64,000 nucleotides of DNA from Octopus sinensis. Taxonomy: Eukaryota. The notes under the pieces were generated by a model. That model had not been told where the DNA came from, searched no databases, and worked only from the letters and a program-made list of their open reading frames with translations. Positions 13,101 to 27,600 of this stretch are shown here, piece after piece; the first letter of the stretch is position 1; each line of letters opens with the position of its first letter. The translations under genes were made by a program, and so were the position numbers. The stretch spans positions 7,502,001 through 7,566,000 of the forward strand of contig NC_043011.1 of NCBI RefSeq assembly GCF_006345805.1. The letters are read 5' to 3'.

Positions 13101-16100
13101 GCAAGTGTCTTCTACTATAGCCTTGACTCTACCAAAGCCTTGTGAGAGGATTTGGTAGATGGAAACTGAAAGAAGCCTGTTGTACACACACACATCTGTA
13201 TGTCTGTGTTTGTATTCCACCACTGTTTGACAATCAGCATGGCATGGGAGCCAGTCAAGGGGGCGCTGGCATTGGCCTTGTTCAGATGGTGCTTTTTATG
13301 TGCCACTGGCACGGGGATCGCAACTACAATTTCCATTTGATTTTCATTTTGATGTTGATGTACTTGACTCAATAGGTCTCCTCACGCACAGCAGATCGCC
13401 CTACAATCCAAGGTACTTTGGAATGGGCTGGGGCTGATTATGCGAAACTGGTGTAGGATACAGCTGTGAACTCAATTTATATCTCCGGAATGTTTAATAT
13501 AATTTTTGTTTGTATCTTTCAGTCCTGAATTTTTATCCATCATACTGGAAGAAGGTTACTTAATTCCCTCGGCTGAACAACTGGAAGCCCTTGACATTGA
13601 TCCAGCTGGTAGGGAATCTTTCCTTTTAAACCAGTTTTTTTTTGTTGTTGTTTTAGTTTTTATTTTTACTGTTACTTTTAAAATTTATGTTTTTAATTTT
13701 TTTTCTAAATAACAGAATGGATTAAGCGTTGTCTAATGCTCTGGTGATTCTACCAATCCATTCCCTTAGTAATTATAATAATAATAATAATAACAAGGCC
13801 TGAAATTTAATGGGAGGGCCCTAGTCGATTGTATCAATGACAGGATGTGACTTGTGCTTACTTCATTGACCCTGAAAGGATGACAGGCAAAGTCAACCTC
13901 GGCAGAATTTGAACTCGGAATCTAATGACAAATGGAATGCTGCTCAGCAGTTTGTCCAGTGCGTTGTCTTTTCTGCTAGCTCATCACCCGAATAATAAGG
14001 GTTTCAAATTTTGACACAAGGCCAGCAGTTTTGACCGGTACTTATTTTATCGACCCCGAAAGGATGACAAGCAAAGTCGACCTCGGCGGCATTTGAACTT
14101 AGGAAAGTGAAGATGAATGAAATACTAGTGGTGCCCCAGCATGGCCACAATTTCAAAGCATTTTGTCTGGCATGCTAAAAGAACAAAGCATTTTGTGTGG
14201 TGCAGTAATGATTCTACCAGCTCACCACCTTAATAATAATAATAATAATTACCCTTTTTACTAAAGGCACAAGGCCTGAAATTTTGTGGGAGGGGATTAG
14301 TTGATTACATTGACCCCAGTGTTCCACTGGTACTTGATTTATCAACCCCGAAAGGATGAAAGGCAAAGTCAACCTTGGTGGGATTTGAACTCAGAATAAA
14401 CAAAATGCTGCAAATATTTGGCCCTGAATGCTAACGATTCTGCCAGCTCACTGCCTTAATAATAATAATAATAATAATAGGCACAAGGCCTGAAATTTAA
14501 GGAAAGTGGGCTTGTTGATTTGATCAATCCCAGTGCATAACTGGTACTTATTTCATCAACCTCAACCCTGGTGAAATTTGAACTTGGAATGCAGTGGCAG
14601 AGGATATACCACTAAGCATTTTGCCCTGTGTGTTAATGATTCTGCCAGCTTGCTGCCTTAATAATAATAATAATAATGATAATAATAATTGTCGTCTTCG
14701 TTTAGCATCCGCTTTCCATGCTGGCATGGGTTGGACGATTTGACTGAGATCTGGCGAACCAGATGACTGCACAAGACTCCAATCTGATCTGGCAGAGTTT
14801 CTACAGCTGGATGCCCTTCCTAATGCCAACCACTGTGAGAGTGTAGTGGGTGCTTTTATGTGCCACCTGCACAAGTGCCAGTAAGGCGACGCAGGTAACA
14901 ATCCCGCTCGAATGGTGTTATTTACGTGCCATTGGCACAGAGGCTAGCTTGTTGCTCTGGCAACGATCACACACGTATGGTACTCTTAGCGCTCCACTAG
15001 CACGGATGCCAGTCATCGAATTTGATTTCGATTTCACTTGCCTCAACAGGTCTTCGCAAGCAGAGTTTAGAGTCCAAAGAAGGAAAAGTTATGCACAAGT
15101 GGGTTGGTTACACCCCTGGCACAGGCCACAAGGTTATGGTCTCACTTGAGCTTGCCGAGTTTCTCAAGCACAGCATATTTCCAAAGGTTCCGGTCACTAG
15201 TCATTGCCTCAGTGAGGCTCATGCCTTAATGATAATAATAATAATAATAATAATAATCCTTTCGGCTATAAGTACAAGGCCTGAAATTTGGGGGCAGGAG
15301 TTAAGTCAATTACATTGACCCCAGTACTCAACTGGTACTTAATTTATTGACCCCGAAAGGATGAAAGGCAAAGTCGACCTCGGAATTTGAACTCAGAATG
15401 TAGCGATGAGCAAAATCCTGCAAAGCATTTTGTCCGGCATGCTAACGGTTCTGCTAGCTCACCCCCTTAATAATAATAATAATAATAATAATAATGATGA
15501 CCAGTCAGGTGGTACTGGCAACGGCCACACTCAAATGGTAAAAACCACCATTTGAGCATGGCCATTGCCCGTACCACCTGACTGTCCCTCGTGCTGGTGG
15601 CACATAAAAGCACTCCCTACACTCTTGGAGTGGTTGGCGTTAGGAAGGGCATCCAGTTGTAAAAACTTTGCCAGATCAAGATTGGAGCCTGGTGCAGCCA
15701 TCTGGTTCGCCAATACTCAGTCAAACCGTTCAACCCATTCTAGCATGGAAAGCGGATGTTAAACGATGATGATGATGAAGGCAAGCAATTTTAAGGGGAA
15801 AAAGTTAGCTGATTACATTGATGGCATACTTAACAATTACTTTATTTTATTGGCCCCCAAAAGAATGAAGTACATGTTGGTGGGATTTGAACTCAGAACA
15901 TTAAGCCACAGGAACAATACTGCTAAACATTTTGTGTGCTGCACAAATAATCCTGCCAGCATTAGATTTGGGGCCATGGGAGAAGGGCTGTCAGTTACAT
16001 TGCTCTTTGTATGTCGCTAGTATTTTAGTTGATTGGCTCCAGAAAAATAAAAATTAAAGTCAACCTTGGCAGGATTTGAACTCAGAACATGAAAGTCTGT

Positions 16101-17451
16101 AACTAAATATGGCTCTGAGGATTCAGGCAATATGTGAAACTTATACGGTATCAGTCAACAACCTTAACCCATTAATTGCCAATTTTTTGAATTCATATTT
16201 TTTGGCCATGCCAGGTGTCTTAGGAGTTAAAATAATATCATCATCATCATTTAATGTCCGCTTTCCATGCTGGCATGGGTTGGACGGTTCAACTGGGGTC
16301 TGAGAAGCCAGAAGGCTGCACCAGGCCCAGTCTGATCTGGCAGTGTTTCTACAGCTGGATGCCCTTCCTAACGCCAACCACTCTGTGAGTGTAGTGGGTG
16401 CTTTTTACGTGCCAGACGGGGCTGGCAGACGGCCACGATCGGATGGTGCTTTTTACGTGCCACCGTCACGGGGACCAGACGAAGCTGGCAACGGCCATGG
16501 TCGGATGGTGCGTTTTAGGTGCCACCGGCACGGAGGCCAGTCAGGCGGCGCCGGTTACGGCCACCGGCACTGTTATCACAGCTACAAATTATATAGTATT
16601 TAAATTTTTTTCATAAGTGAAGTATTTTGGAAATTGGGATTAATTTTATAGAATGTCCCAAATTGCAATAATAAACATTTTAGCCTTTTCGAAACTATAG
16701 TATCAAATGTGAATGTGTATGAAATATCAATGAATGATATGAATGGGGAATGCAAAAACAAAAAGAATGTTTTCAAAATAGTCAATATTTTTGTAGTTCA
16801 AAAACTGCGATTTATGACATAAAATGAATTTAGCCAGAGCTAAAATTGACAAACTTCACCTACTAAATATTGTTAAACAGATCTCTGCAAATGCAATGTA
16901 AATAAATAAATTCACTTTAACCCTTTTGTTACCGTATTTCTGTTGAGATGCTCTGTGTTTCTTTCAATCAATTTCAAATATAACGAAGAATTTAGTATAA
17001 TAACTTCATTATCATTAAGCTAGTGTTAGGAACATAAATTGTGGCTAATGTTTGGGGGAAGAATTTGATTCAAAACTTATGGAAACAAGACATTTGTACT
17101 ACAGAGCCAGAACTGGTTTCAGCCAGGTTGGTATCAAAAGGGTTAAATACAACGAACAACCGGCTGTGAGACTGTTTTTAGCAGATCCCCAAATGGGGCT
17201 CATGGCAGGCAATGAGTTAAATCTCTTACTCTCTCCCTCTCTCTCTTTATGTCTCTTTTTATGTTTCTCTATTTCCTCTCTATCTTTCTCTTTCTCACTG
17301 TGTATCTCTCTACCTCTCTCTCTCTCTCCCCTTATCCATCTCTCCTTCTTTCTGTCTATCCTTCTGTTTCTCTTTGTCTCTATCTCCCTCTTTTTCTCGC
17401 CATCCGTCTCTTTTCATTCCCCCCTCTCTCTCTCTCCCTCTCTCTCTCTCC

Positions 17452-17491
<40 letters not shown>

Positions 17492-18468
17492 CCCTTTTAA
17501 TTGAATTCAGACCAATAATTAAACCTGTCTCCATTCACTTTTGCAGAACTCCAATCCCAGAATGGCTTATGGTTACCAGATAGCCTTGTCCAGTTCTGGA
17601 AACCAATCCTGCTGCTGCTACATACAATGAAATTCACTCCTGTTGTGGTCAAGAATTTAATGGTCATGGTTTGTGCCAACAACAGTGAGTCTCTGCCTGC
17701 AAGACTCACGGCTGGTTGGCTCATGGCCATTTTATTCAGCGTCAACCAAGCAAGTATGTCCAACCTTCCCTGCTCACTCTCTCTCCATCTCCCTAACTTT
17801 CTCTTTTGCTCTCTCTCTAACCCCTCTATCTATCATCTCCCACTCTCTCTCTCCTGCTTCTCTATTTTTCTATCTTCTCTCTCTTGTATTTCCCTTTATT
17901 TTCTCTCTTCATCTCTTTCTCTACCCACCCCTCTCTCTCTCTGTCTTTTTATTTCTTTCTCTCCCTCTCTGTCACTGTCTCTCTTTACCTCATTCTCTCT
18001 ATCTCCTCTCTTTATCTTTCCCTTTCTACTATGCTCTCTCTAGCTCCCTTTCTATCTATTTTTCTCTATCTTCCCCTCCCTATATCTATTTATCTCTCAC
18101 TATCTCTCTTCCTTTCCCTCTTTTCTCTTTATCTGTCACTTATTCTCTCTCTCTCTCCTACCTTCCTCTCTCTCTCTCCTACCTTCCTCTCTCTCTCTCT
18201 TCCTCTCCTGCCTTCCGCTCTCTCTCCCCTACCTTTCTCTCTCCCTCTCCTGCCTTCCTCTCTCTCTCTCTCCCTCCTTCCTCCCTCTCCTGCCTCTCTC
18301 TCTCTCCCTCCTTCCCCCCTCTCCTGCCTCTCTCTCTCTCTCTTTCTCTCTCTCTCCCTCTCCTGCCTCCCTCTCTCTGTCTCTCTTATTCTCTTTCTCT
18401 CTCTCTCCCTCTCCTGCCTCTCTCTCTCTCCCTCTCTCTCTCTCCTACCTTCCTCTCTCTCTCCTACC

Positions 18469-18508
<40 letters not shown>

Positions 18509-19874
18509 CCTCTCTCTCTCTCTCCCAAACCTCAGTATGGCTCTTCTTTATCCTCTGCCGTCTCTCTTTCTGCTCCCACAAACACATCGGTGTGACTGTG
18601 TGCTTCAGACGGTTACTGCTTGCTTCCCAACCATGTGATCTCAGGTTCAGTTCCAATGTGTGGCACCTTGAGACATGCAGTCTTCCACTGTAGGCTCAGC
18701 ACATGACTGTGTGGTAAGAAGACTGCTTTCCAACCACTTGGTTCTGGGTTCAGTCCCACAGTGTTGCACCTTGGGCAAGTGTCTTCTACTGTAGGCTCAG
18801 CAGATGACTGTGTGGTAAGAAGTTTGCTTCCTAACCAGGTTGCTTTAGGTTCAGTCCCACTGCGTGGAACCTTGGTCTGAGTGGATTTGGTAGATGGAAA
18901 CTGTAAGAAGCCTCTATTTGTGTGTGTCTGTTTGTGCCTGTATTTGTTACCCACCACTGCCTGGCAACTAGTGTTGGTGTATTTACATCTCTATAACTTA
19001 GCAGTTCGGCAAAAGAGATTGTTAGAATAAGCACCAGGCTTGACATAAAACAAAACAAAAAAAAATAAGTACTAGGATGGATTCCTTTGATTGAAAGTTC
19101 TTCAAAGCAGTGCCCCAGCATGGCCACAGTCTAATGACTGGAACAAGTAAAAGATGAAAGATAGAATATAAAAGATATAGCCCTGGGCTGACCGAAAGAC
19201 TTGCAAGTGGATCAGGAAAATCCTTCGCGCGCGTGTTTGTGTGTGTATGTGTGTGTGTGTACCCTTGGTTTTGCTTCATGTGGTTGTTGTAAAAAATCAA
19301 ACCAGTGGCATTTATAATTTCCAATCTTCTGTGAGGAATATGTCTGGCTGTGGGGTACCATTACCGTATTTGTGGCAACAGATAAGGCATCAGCCCATAG
19401 AAAATCAGTCTTAAGGAATCCTTTCTGACCCCTGTAGGTGTGGGCACTGTATTTCCAATCTGTTAGCCTTCCTGCTCTCTTTCTTTCAGATCAGATGAAA
19501 GACGACCAAAACTCATTGTACAACACACCCTGTACGTTACCATGGAAATCCCTTGTCGAACAAGCTCTTAAAGTACCCACGAAATACCCTCTACATCTGG
19601 CCCTCTGGTGAGTTTTAATCATTCTTATCAATTATGAATCTCAAACAATTTCCATGGTAAGAGGTAATGGCTGTGACGCTGAGAGTTTCAAGTCTTTGTA
19701 CGACTACCATGTTATTGCCTGTAAACAAGGTACGTAACTCTCTTAAACTTCCAGATAAGAGGGTGCTCTGCCCTTGGCCAGCACTTTTGAGTCTGGAAGT
19801 TTATGGCGTGTTGACACTCTTCTGCCTCTAAGTTACACACTCCACCTGTTCCACTGTGTGTGTGTGAGTGTGTG

Positions 19875-19923
<49 letters not shown>

Positions 19924-21496
19924 GATGAAGTGGTGAAGCACGACCTTCGAACTCTAGGCCTCACCAAGGAAATGACTAGTGACCGAGACCTTTGGAAATA
20001 TGCTGTGCTCGAGAAGATCCGGCAAGCCAAATAAGACCATAACCCCGTGGCCTGTGCCAGGGGTTGTAACCAGCCCACTTGTGCGTACCTTTTCCTTCTT
20101 TGGACACTAAACTCTGCTTGCGAAGACCTGTTGAGGCAAGTGAAATCAAAATTAAAATCAAAGTGAAATTCGATGACGGGCATGAGCACTATACGAGCGT
20201 GATCATTGACAGAGTGGCTAACCGGCTTCTGTGCCAGTGGAACATAAAGGGCACCATTCGAGTGTGATCGTTGCCAGCTTCGCCTTACTGGCACTTGTGC
20301 CCCGTGCTAGTAGGGTGCTAAGAGCACCATCTGAGCGTGATCGTTGCCAGAGTGGTTAACTGGCTTCCGTGCCGATGGCATGTAAGGGGCACCATTCGAG
20401 CGGGATCGTTACCAGCATCGCCTTACTGGCACCTGTGCCGTTGGCATGTGTAGAAAGATTCGAGCGAGGTCGTTGCCAGTACCGCCTGATTGGCCTCCGT
20501 GCCGGTGGTACGTAAAAACACCCACTACACTCTCGGAGTGGTTGGCATTAGGAAGGGCATCCAGCTGTAGAAAGTCTGCCAGATCAAGACTGGAGCCTGG
20601 TGCAGCCATCTGGTTCGCCAGCCCTCAGTCAAACCGTCCAACCCATGCTAGCATGGAAAGCGGACGTTAAACAACAATGATGATGATGATATATATATAT
20701 ATATATAATATATATATATATTATATATATATGGGATGAAGTGGTGAAGCACGACCTTCGAACTCTAGGCCTCACCAAGGAAATGACTAGTGACCGAGAC
20801 CTTTGGAAATATGCTGTGCTCGAGAAGATCCGGCAAGCCAAATAAGACCATAACCCCGTGGCCTGTGCCAGGGGTGTAACCAGCCCACTTGTGCGTACCT
20901 TTTCCTTCTTTGGACACTAAACTCTGCTTGCGAAGACCTGTTGAGGCAAGTGAAATCAAAATTAAAATCAAAGTGAAATTCGATGACGGGCATGAGCACC
21001 ATACGAGCGTGATCATTGACAGAGTGGCTAACCGGCTTCTGTGCCAGTGGAACATAAAGGGCACCATTCGAGTGTGATCGTTGCCAGCTTCGCCTTACTG
21101 GCACTTGTGCCCCGTGCTAGTAGGGTGCTAAGAGCACCATCTGAGCGTGATCGTTGCCAGAGTGGTTAACTGGCTTCCGTGCCGATGGCATGTAAGGGGC
21201 ACCATTCGAGCGGGATCGTTACCAGCATCGCCTTACTGGCACCTGTGCCGTTGGCATGTGTAGAAAGATTCGAGCGAGGTCGTTGCCAGTACCGCCTGAT
21301 TGGCCTCCGTGCCGGTGGTACGTAAAAACACCCACTACACTCTCGGAGTGGTTGGCATTAGGAAGGGCATCCAGCTGTAGAAAGTCTGCCAGATCAAGAC
21401 TGGAGCCTGGTGCAGCCATCTGGTTCGCCAGCCCTCAGTCAAACCGTCCAACCCATGCTAGCATGGAAAGCGGACGTTAAACAACAATGATGATGA

Positions 21497-21531
<35 letters not shown>

Positions 21532-22284
21532 CAAACCAAGTAAGATTGTAGTCGCGGTTGATGCTGGTGTTTCGTAACTAGCACTCATGCTGGTGGCATG
21601 TAAAAAGCACCCACTACGCTTTTGGAGTGGTTGGTGCTAGGAAGGGCATCCTGCCATAGAAACCCTGCCAAATCAGATTGGAACCTGGTGCAGCTCCCTA
21701 GCTTACCAGTTTCCCATCAAACCGTCCAACCCATACCAGCATGGAAATTGGACGTTAAATGACGATGACGATATATATATATATGTGTGTGTGTGTTTGT
21801 GTGTGTATACATGTGTATATATATGTGTGTGTGTATATGTTATAAATAGTTTATTGGATTGTCAATGGTATCTATTTAATTAATTGTTTATATATTCAAT
21901 ATATAATGAGAGCAACTGTCTTTGAAGGCTCATATAGTTGTTGAATGCTCGGAATAAGGAGTAGATAGACGGCCCAATAACTGATGAAGGGTTGTTCTTT
22001 GTGTTACGTGTCCTGTTTTACATTTTCTCTCTCATTGTTTGTGTATTTAACTTGTTTGTTTTCGTACTTCATGTTGTTTACACAGTTGGTAACATCCTGT
22101 ACCTGTATATGCATATATATATATATTATATATATATATATATAATAATAATAATATTAGGGAGTAAATCCAAACTTACAGGGATTAAATCTAATTTTAC
22201 AGTATAAATATATAAATATTAAATTAGAGATAAAACCACTTTTTATCTTATATTAAACTTTTTAACACTTTTTGATACTTATAT

Positions 22285-22321
<37 letters not shown>

Positions 22322-22494
22322 TTACAAGTATAAAATTAATAATTTAAATCATTTTTAAAATTTTAACTTTAAATTTAAATAATTTAAATTTTGAATTTTA
22401 TATTTTGTATATTATATTAATTAATTTTATTTCTGTTTTGGTTTATGTTTTTCACTGTTTGATTTGCCTAATAGTGGTTTTATCTCTAATTTAA

Positions 22495-22535
<41 letters not shown>

Positions 22536-22594
22536 TATATTATTATTTAATTGAATGCCACACATCCATTTCCAAGTAAGTATATATATGTATG

Positions 22595-22659
<65 letters not shown>

Positions 22660-24580
22660 ATATATATATTCAATTGCATGCAAGTGAAGGAGTGAGTGGA
22701 TAGATGAAAGAATGGCACTTACCATATTTAGTAGAAATTGCACATATTATTATTTAAAACTGTTTGATTTGACCCTTTGCATATATATATAGATATAATG
22801 TATCTACATGTATGTTTATATTGCTCTAATGATACAGGCTGTTGACAGAATGCGAAGGACATTTCCAAGAGAAACAACAGAATCACCTGTTGGAGTTGAT
22901 TAATATTTACCTGTCTCAGAACTTGACAAACAGCTCCCTTGATATTCCAAACGACACCAATGGGGAATTAACCAATGGTAGAGGCTACCACACTGTCGAT
23001 GGTAAGTAGACCATATGTTTCCTGTCCCTTAGATACCATAACGTTACTTTATCATCAATGGTGATGGTCATGTTGGGAATAGTAATATATAACCATATAT
23101 TGTCAGGTTTTAGTTGTTGCCGTTTATTACAAAGTCAGTCTTTAGTTCTCAATGGTTGCCAATCGCTTTTTACCTGTGAATTCTTGTTTACTCTGTTATG
23201 TTTGTGGCTTGCCCCCGTCCTCCCCCACCGCTTCCCCAAAGCCATTTGATGCTTTAAAAAGTGGAGGCGCAATGGCCCAGTGGTTAGGGCAGCGGACTCG
23301 CGGTCGTAGGATCGCGGTTTCGATTCCCAGACCGGGCGTTGTGAGTGTTTATTGAGCGAAAACACCTAAAGCCCCACGAGGCTCCGGCAGGGATGGTGGT
23401 GATCCCTGCTGTACTCTTTCACCACAACTTTCTCTCACTCTTACTTCCTGTTTCTGTTGTACCTGTATTTCAAAGGGCCGGCCTTGTCACTCTCTGTGTC
23501 ACGCTGAATATCCCTGAGAACTACGTTAAGGGTACACGTGTCTGTGGAGTACACAGCCACTTACACGTTAATTTCACGAGCAGGCTGTTCCGTTGATTCG
23601 GATCAACCGGAACCCTCGTCGTCGTAACCGACGGAGTGCTTCCATCCATTGATGCTTAAAAAGTAGTTTTATAAATTCCTATTTAAATTTTCAAACTTTC
23701 ATTTGTGTGGGTTCGCAAAAGCTGTCTCTGAGAGAACATTTTTCGGTTCCCGGAATCATGTTCACCCTTTTTGTATTCAGAATTACTCTGTGAAATATAA
23801 TGCTGATGGTGGTGAAACATGACCATCAAAAGTTGGGCCTCACAGAGGCAATGATGAAAGACTGAGACCTCTGGAGGTGTGCTGTGACTGAGAAGACCCG
23901 GCTAATAAAGTGAGTTCACAGCTCTAGCCTACACCAGCATCGCATAACCAGCCAACTCAAAAAGTACCTTGGATCATAGGGCGACATGCCGTGCTTGAGG
24001 AGACCTATTGAGTCAATTACATCAAAATCACAATCAAATGTAGTTGTGATCCCTGTGCTGGTGGCACGTAAAAAGCACCATCCGAACGTGGCCGATGCCA
24101 GCGTTGCCTTGACTGGCTTCTGTGCCGGTGGCACGTACAAAGCACCAGCCAATCGTGGTCGTTGCCAGCCCTCTCTGGCACCTGTGCCAGTGGCATGTAA
24201 AAAGCACGCACTACACTCACGGAGTGGTTGGTGTTAGGAAGGGAATCCAGCTGTAGAAATATTGCCAGATCAGACAGGAGCCTGGTGCAACCTCCTGACT
24301 TGCCAGACCCTAGTCGAACCGTCCAACCCATGCCAGCATGGAAAACGGACGTTAAACGATGATACTCTTACTCTTTTACTCTTTTACTTGTTTCAGTCAT
24401 TTGACTGTGGCCATGCTGGAGCACCGCCTTTAGTCGAGCAAATCAACCCCAGGACTTATTCTTTGGAAGCCCAGTACTTATTCTATCGGCCTCTTTTGCC
24501 GAACCGCTAAGTGACGGGGACGTAAACACACCAGCATCGGTTGTCAAGCAATGCTAGAGGGACAAACACAGACACACAAG

Positions 24581-24612
<32 letters not shown>

Positions 24613-27600
24613 CATATATACGATGGGCTTCTTTCAGTTTCCGTCTACCAAATCCACTCACAAGGCTTTGGTCGGCCCGAGGCTATAGCAGAAGACACTT
24701 GCCCAAGATGCCATGCAGTGGGACTGAACCCGGAACCATGTGGTTGGTTAGCAAGCTACTTACCACACAGCCACTCCTGTTTTTTTTGTTTTTTTTATAT
24801 CAGGCTTTGTGTATCTTGGACTACAGAAATTGTATCCCTTGTTGTGCTTGAGTAGAAGACCCATCAAGCCGAGCAAAATTGCAATTGTGGCAGATATGGA
24901 TGTCTTGCAAAGTGGCACGTAAAAGCACCCATTACACTCTCAGAGTGGTTGGCATTAGGAACGGCATCCAGCTGTAGAAAACCATGCTGAATCAGACTGG
25001 AGTCTGGCGCTACCTTCCAGCTTGCCAGCCCCTCTCAAACCATCCAATCCATACCAGCATGGACAACGGACGTTAAATGATGATGATGAATCTATAAGCA
25101 TTTTCTTGTTCAATCTGTCGCTATTTAGAGTCAGGTCAGTCTTTGTCTGACAAAACTAGGATCAAGTTGTCTTTGAATTGTGTTTGTACCAGGCACCGTG
25201 TATCAAAGGCTGTGAAGGCACACAGCCTAATGGTCAAGGGTATTTGACTCACCATTTTAAAGTCATGAGTCCTATATCCAGTGGTACTTTGTGTCCTTGA
25301 GCAAGACACTTTACTTCCCGTTGCTCCAGTCCACTCAGCTGGCAAATATGAGTTGTAACTAGAATTCAAAAGGGGCCAGCCATGTCACACTCTGTGTCAC
25401 GCTGAATCTCCCTGGGAGTTACTTTAAGGGTACACGTGTCTGTGGATTGCTCGGCCACTTGCACGTCAATTTCACAAGCAGGCTGTTCCATTGGTCAGAT
25501 CAACCGGAACCTTTGTTTCCATAACAACAGAATGTCAGTTAGTTATGTGTCAAAAACTATTTAATCTAATGTGAGGATGGATTGAGAAATGCCTCTCCCC
25601 TACTCTTATGCCAATAGATTCTTAGGAAAGGTGAGTGAAAGTAGCTGATCTGTAATGAATAAAATGGGCCTACAATGAGCATGTGCCATGCTGGCCAGGA
25701 GACAACATGGTGAGGGAAATTGTTCTTGGTGGTCAGGGTGATCCAAGTTTTGCGCTGTTTCCTTGATTGGTCATAGAATCTGCCCCATTCAGGAACCTTG
25801 TTTCATCAAAATTTTCCTTTTTTTTTTGTATTTTTATAGAAACCCCTTGCTATGTTTTTTTTTGTATTGTCCCTCTTTCCCTTTGAAGCCTTGTAGCTAC
25901 TAAAAAAAAAAAAGGATCATCATCATTATGATTGTTATTATTAAGGGAGGGAGCCGGATGTGTCATTGCTGTGCCAGGGAAATTGCTAAGTGCCATTTCA
26001 TCCGTCTTTATGTTCCCAATTCAAATTCTGTCGTGGTTGACTTAGCTTTCCCTTTTTTTTGGGGGTTGATGAAACACATACCAGTTGTGTACTGGGGATT
26101 GTTGTAATCATCTAGATCCTCTCCTCTCAAAAATTTCTGGCCTTGTTTCTATTGAAGAAAGGAATTTTATTACTGCATTATTGTATAACAGATGTTAAAT
26201 GATGATGATGACACACACATATGCAAGTGTACTCACACATACACACGCACAATTTATATTCTGTTTTCTCCTTTCCAGATGTTATCCAAAATATCCAAAA
26301 TTCTACTCAACCGGAATCTATTTCCACATCTCTCACATCCTGGGAAATTTCTACTGGTAATTATTTTTTGATTTCATGTGTTTCTAACGGGGCTGAGATT
26401 CAGCTGTCCAAATATGACACCTTCAACAAATTGATCCCTATAATGTTCTCTCTAACATCAAGTGGTTTGTCATTTCCTGTGCAATCTGTTCCCTAAATTT
26501 GTTCACTACAGCAGAAATCTGTTCCCTAAATTTGTTCACTGCAGCAGAAATCTGTTCCCTAAATTTGTTCATTACAGCAGAAATGAAACAAAGTGGACTT
26601 GGTTCAAATGTCATCATCATCATTTAACATCCATTTTCTGCACTGGCATGGGTTGGCGCTGCCCAAACTCCAATTGCTGTGGCATGGTTTCTGTGGTTGG
26701 GTGCCCTTCCTAACACCAACCTCTTAACAGAGTGCATTAGGTGGTTTTTATGAGCCGCCACCAACACAGGTGCATTTAAGCAGCACCTGTACGGGTGGGC
26801 GACAGCGATTTTACTTAACTTGATGCCAGCATCCGAAGATCCTTTCTCACCACTTCATCCCACATCTTCCTCGGTCTACCCTCAGCACTTCTTTATGCAG
26901 CTGTCCTCTGTGTATGGGTTGCAATTCCTCCTTCTATCACCTCTTTACCATTGTGTACAGTATTTGAGTGGTGGTAGTAGGAGAGGGTGATACCTTATTT
27001 ACATTATTTACATTTGATGGATATTTGTCCTCATCTTGTTCATCAGGTGTCTTGGGGAAACTTTGAACCTGGGTTCTCATTCTTAAGGTATTTACCGATG
27101 TTGTTGTTATTATTCAGGTCACTGCCTGGAATTGAACTTAGAACCTTGGGGTTAGTAGCCCACACTCTTAACCACTACGCCATATGCCCATGAGCAATTA
27201 TGGAGTGAATTTTATGGCTTATAAATCTAATATTTTCCTATCCTTCCTTAATACTAGTTTCCATATGCTACTCATATCTGCACTCGGTCTGTTTAGAAGG
27301 TTGTTGGGTCCTCGCATATGTGCTGCTTCTTTTAGTTTTCGGGCATATGGCATAGTGGTTAAGAGCAGGGCTACTAACCCCAAGATTCCGAGTTTGATTC
27401 CAGGCAGTGACCTGAATAATAATAATAATAATGATAATAATAATATCGAAAAATACTGTAAGAATGAGAATCCAGGTTCGAAATTTCCTCAATACACCTG
27501 ATGAAGGCTGGAGGATACATTAGCCAAAACATTGTGTTAACAACAATAGGATGAGGACAAATATCCGTCAAATCTAAATAATTTACATAATTACCTCATC

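Noticed and set aside
17052-18693. Long Leu/Ser-rich and Arg/Glu-rich ORFs
   Set aside because: Products of (CT)n tracts; only 17547-17753 is a supported exon.
21981-22030. Hammerhead or box C/D snoRNA at CTGATGAAGGG
   Set aside because: No stem II followed by GAAA, and no D box with a terminal stem nearby.
23263-23335. Functional tRNA gene (also at 27341-27413 and other SINE heads)
   Set aside because: A/B boxes are present but I could not form a proper acceptor stem, and each head continues into a repeat body, here with a TSD.
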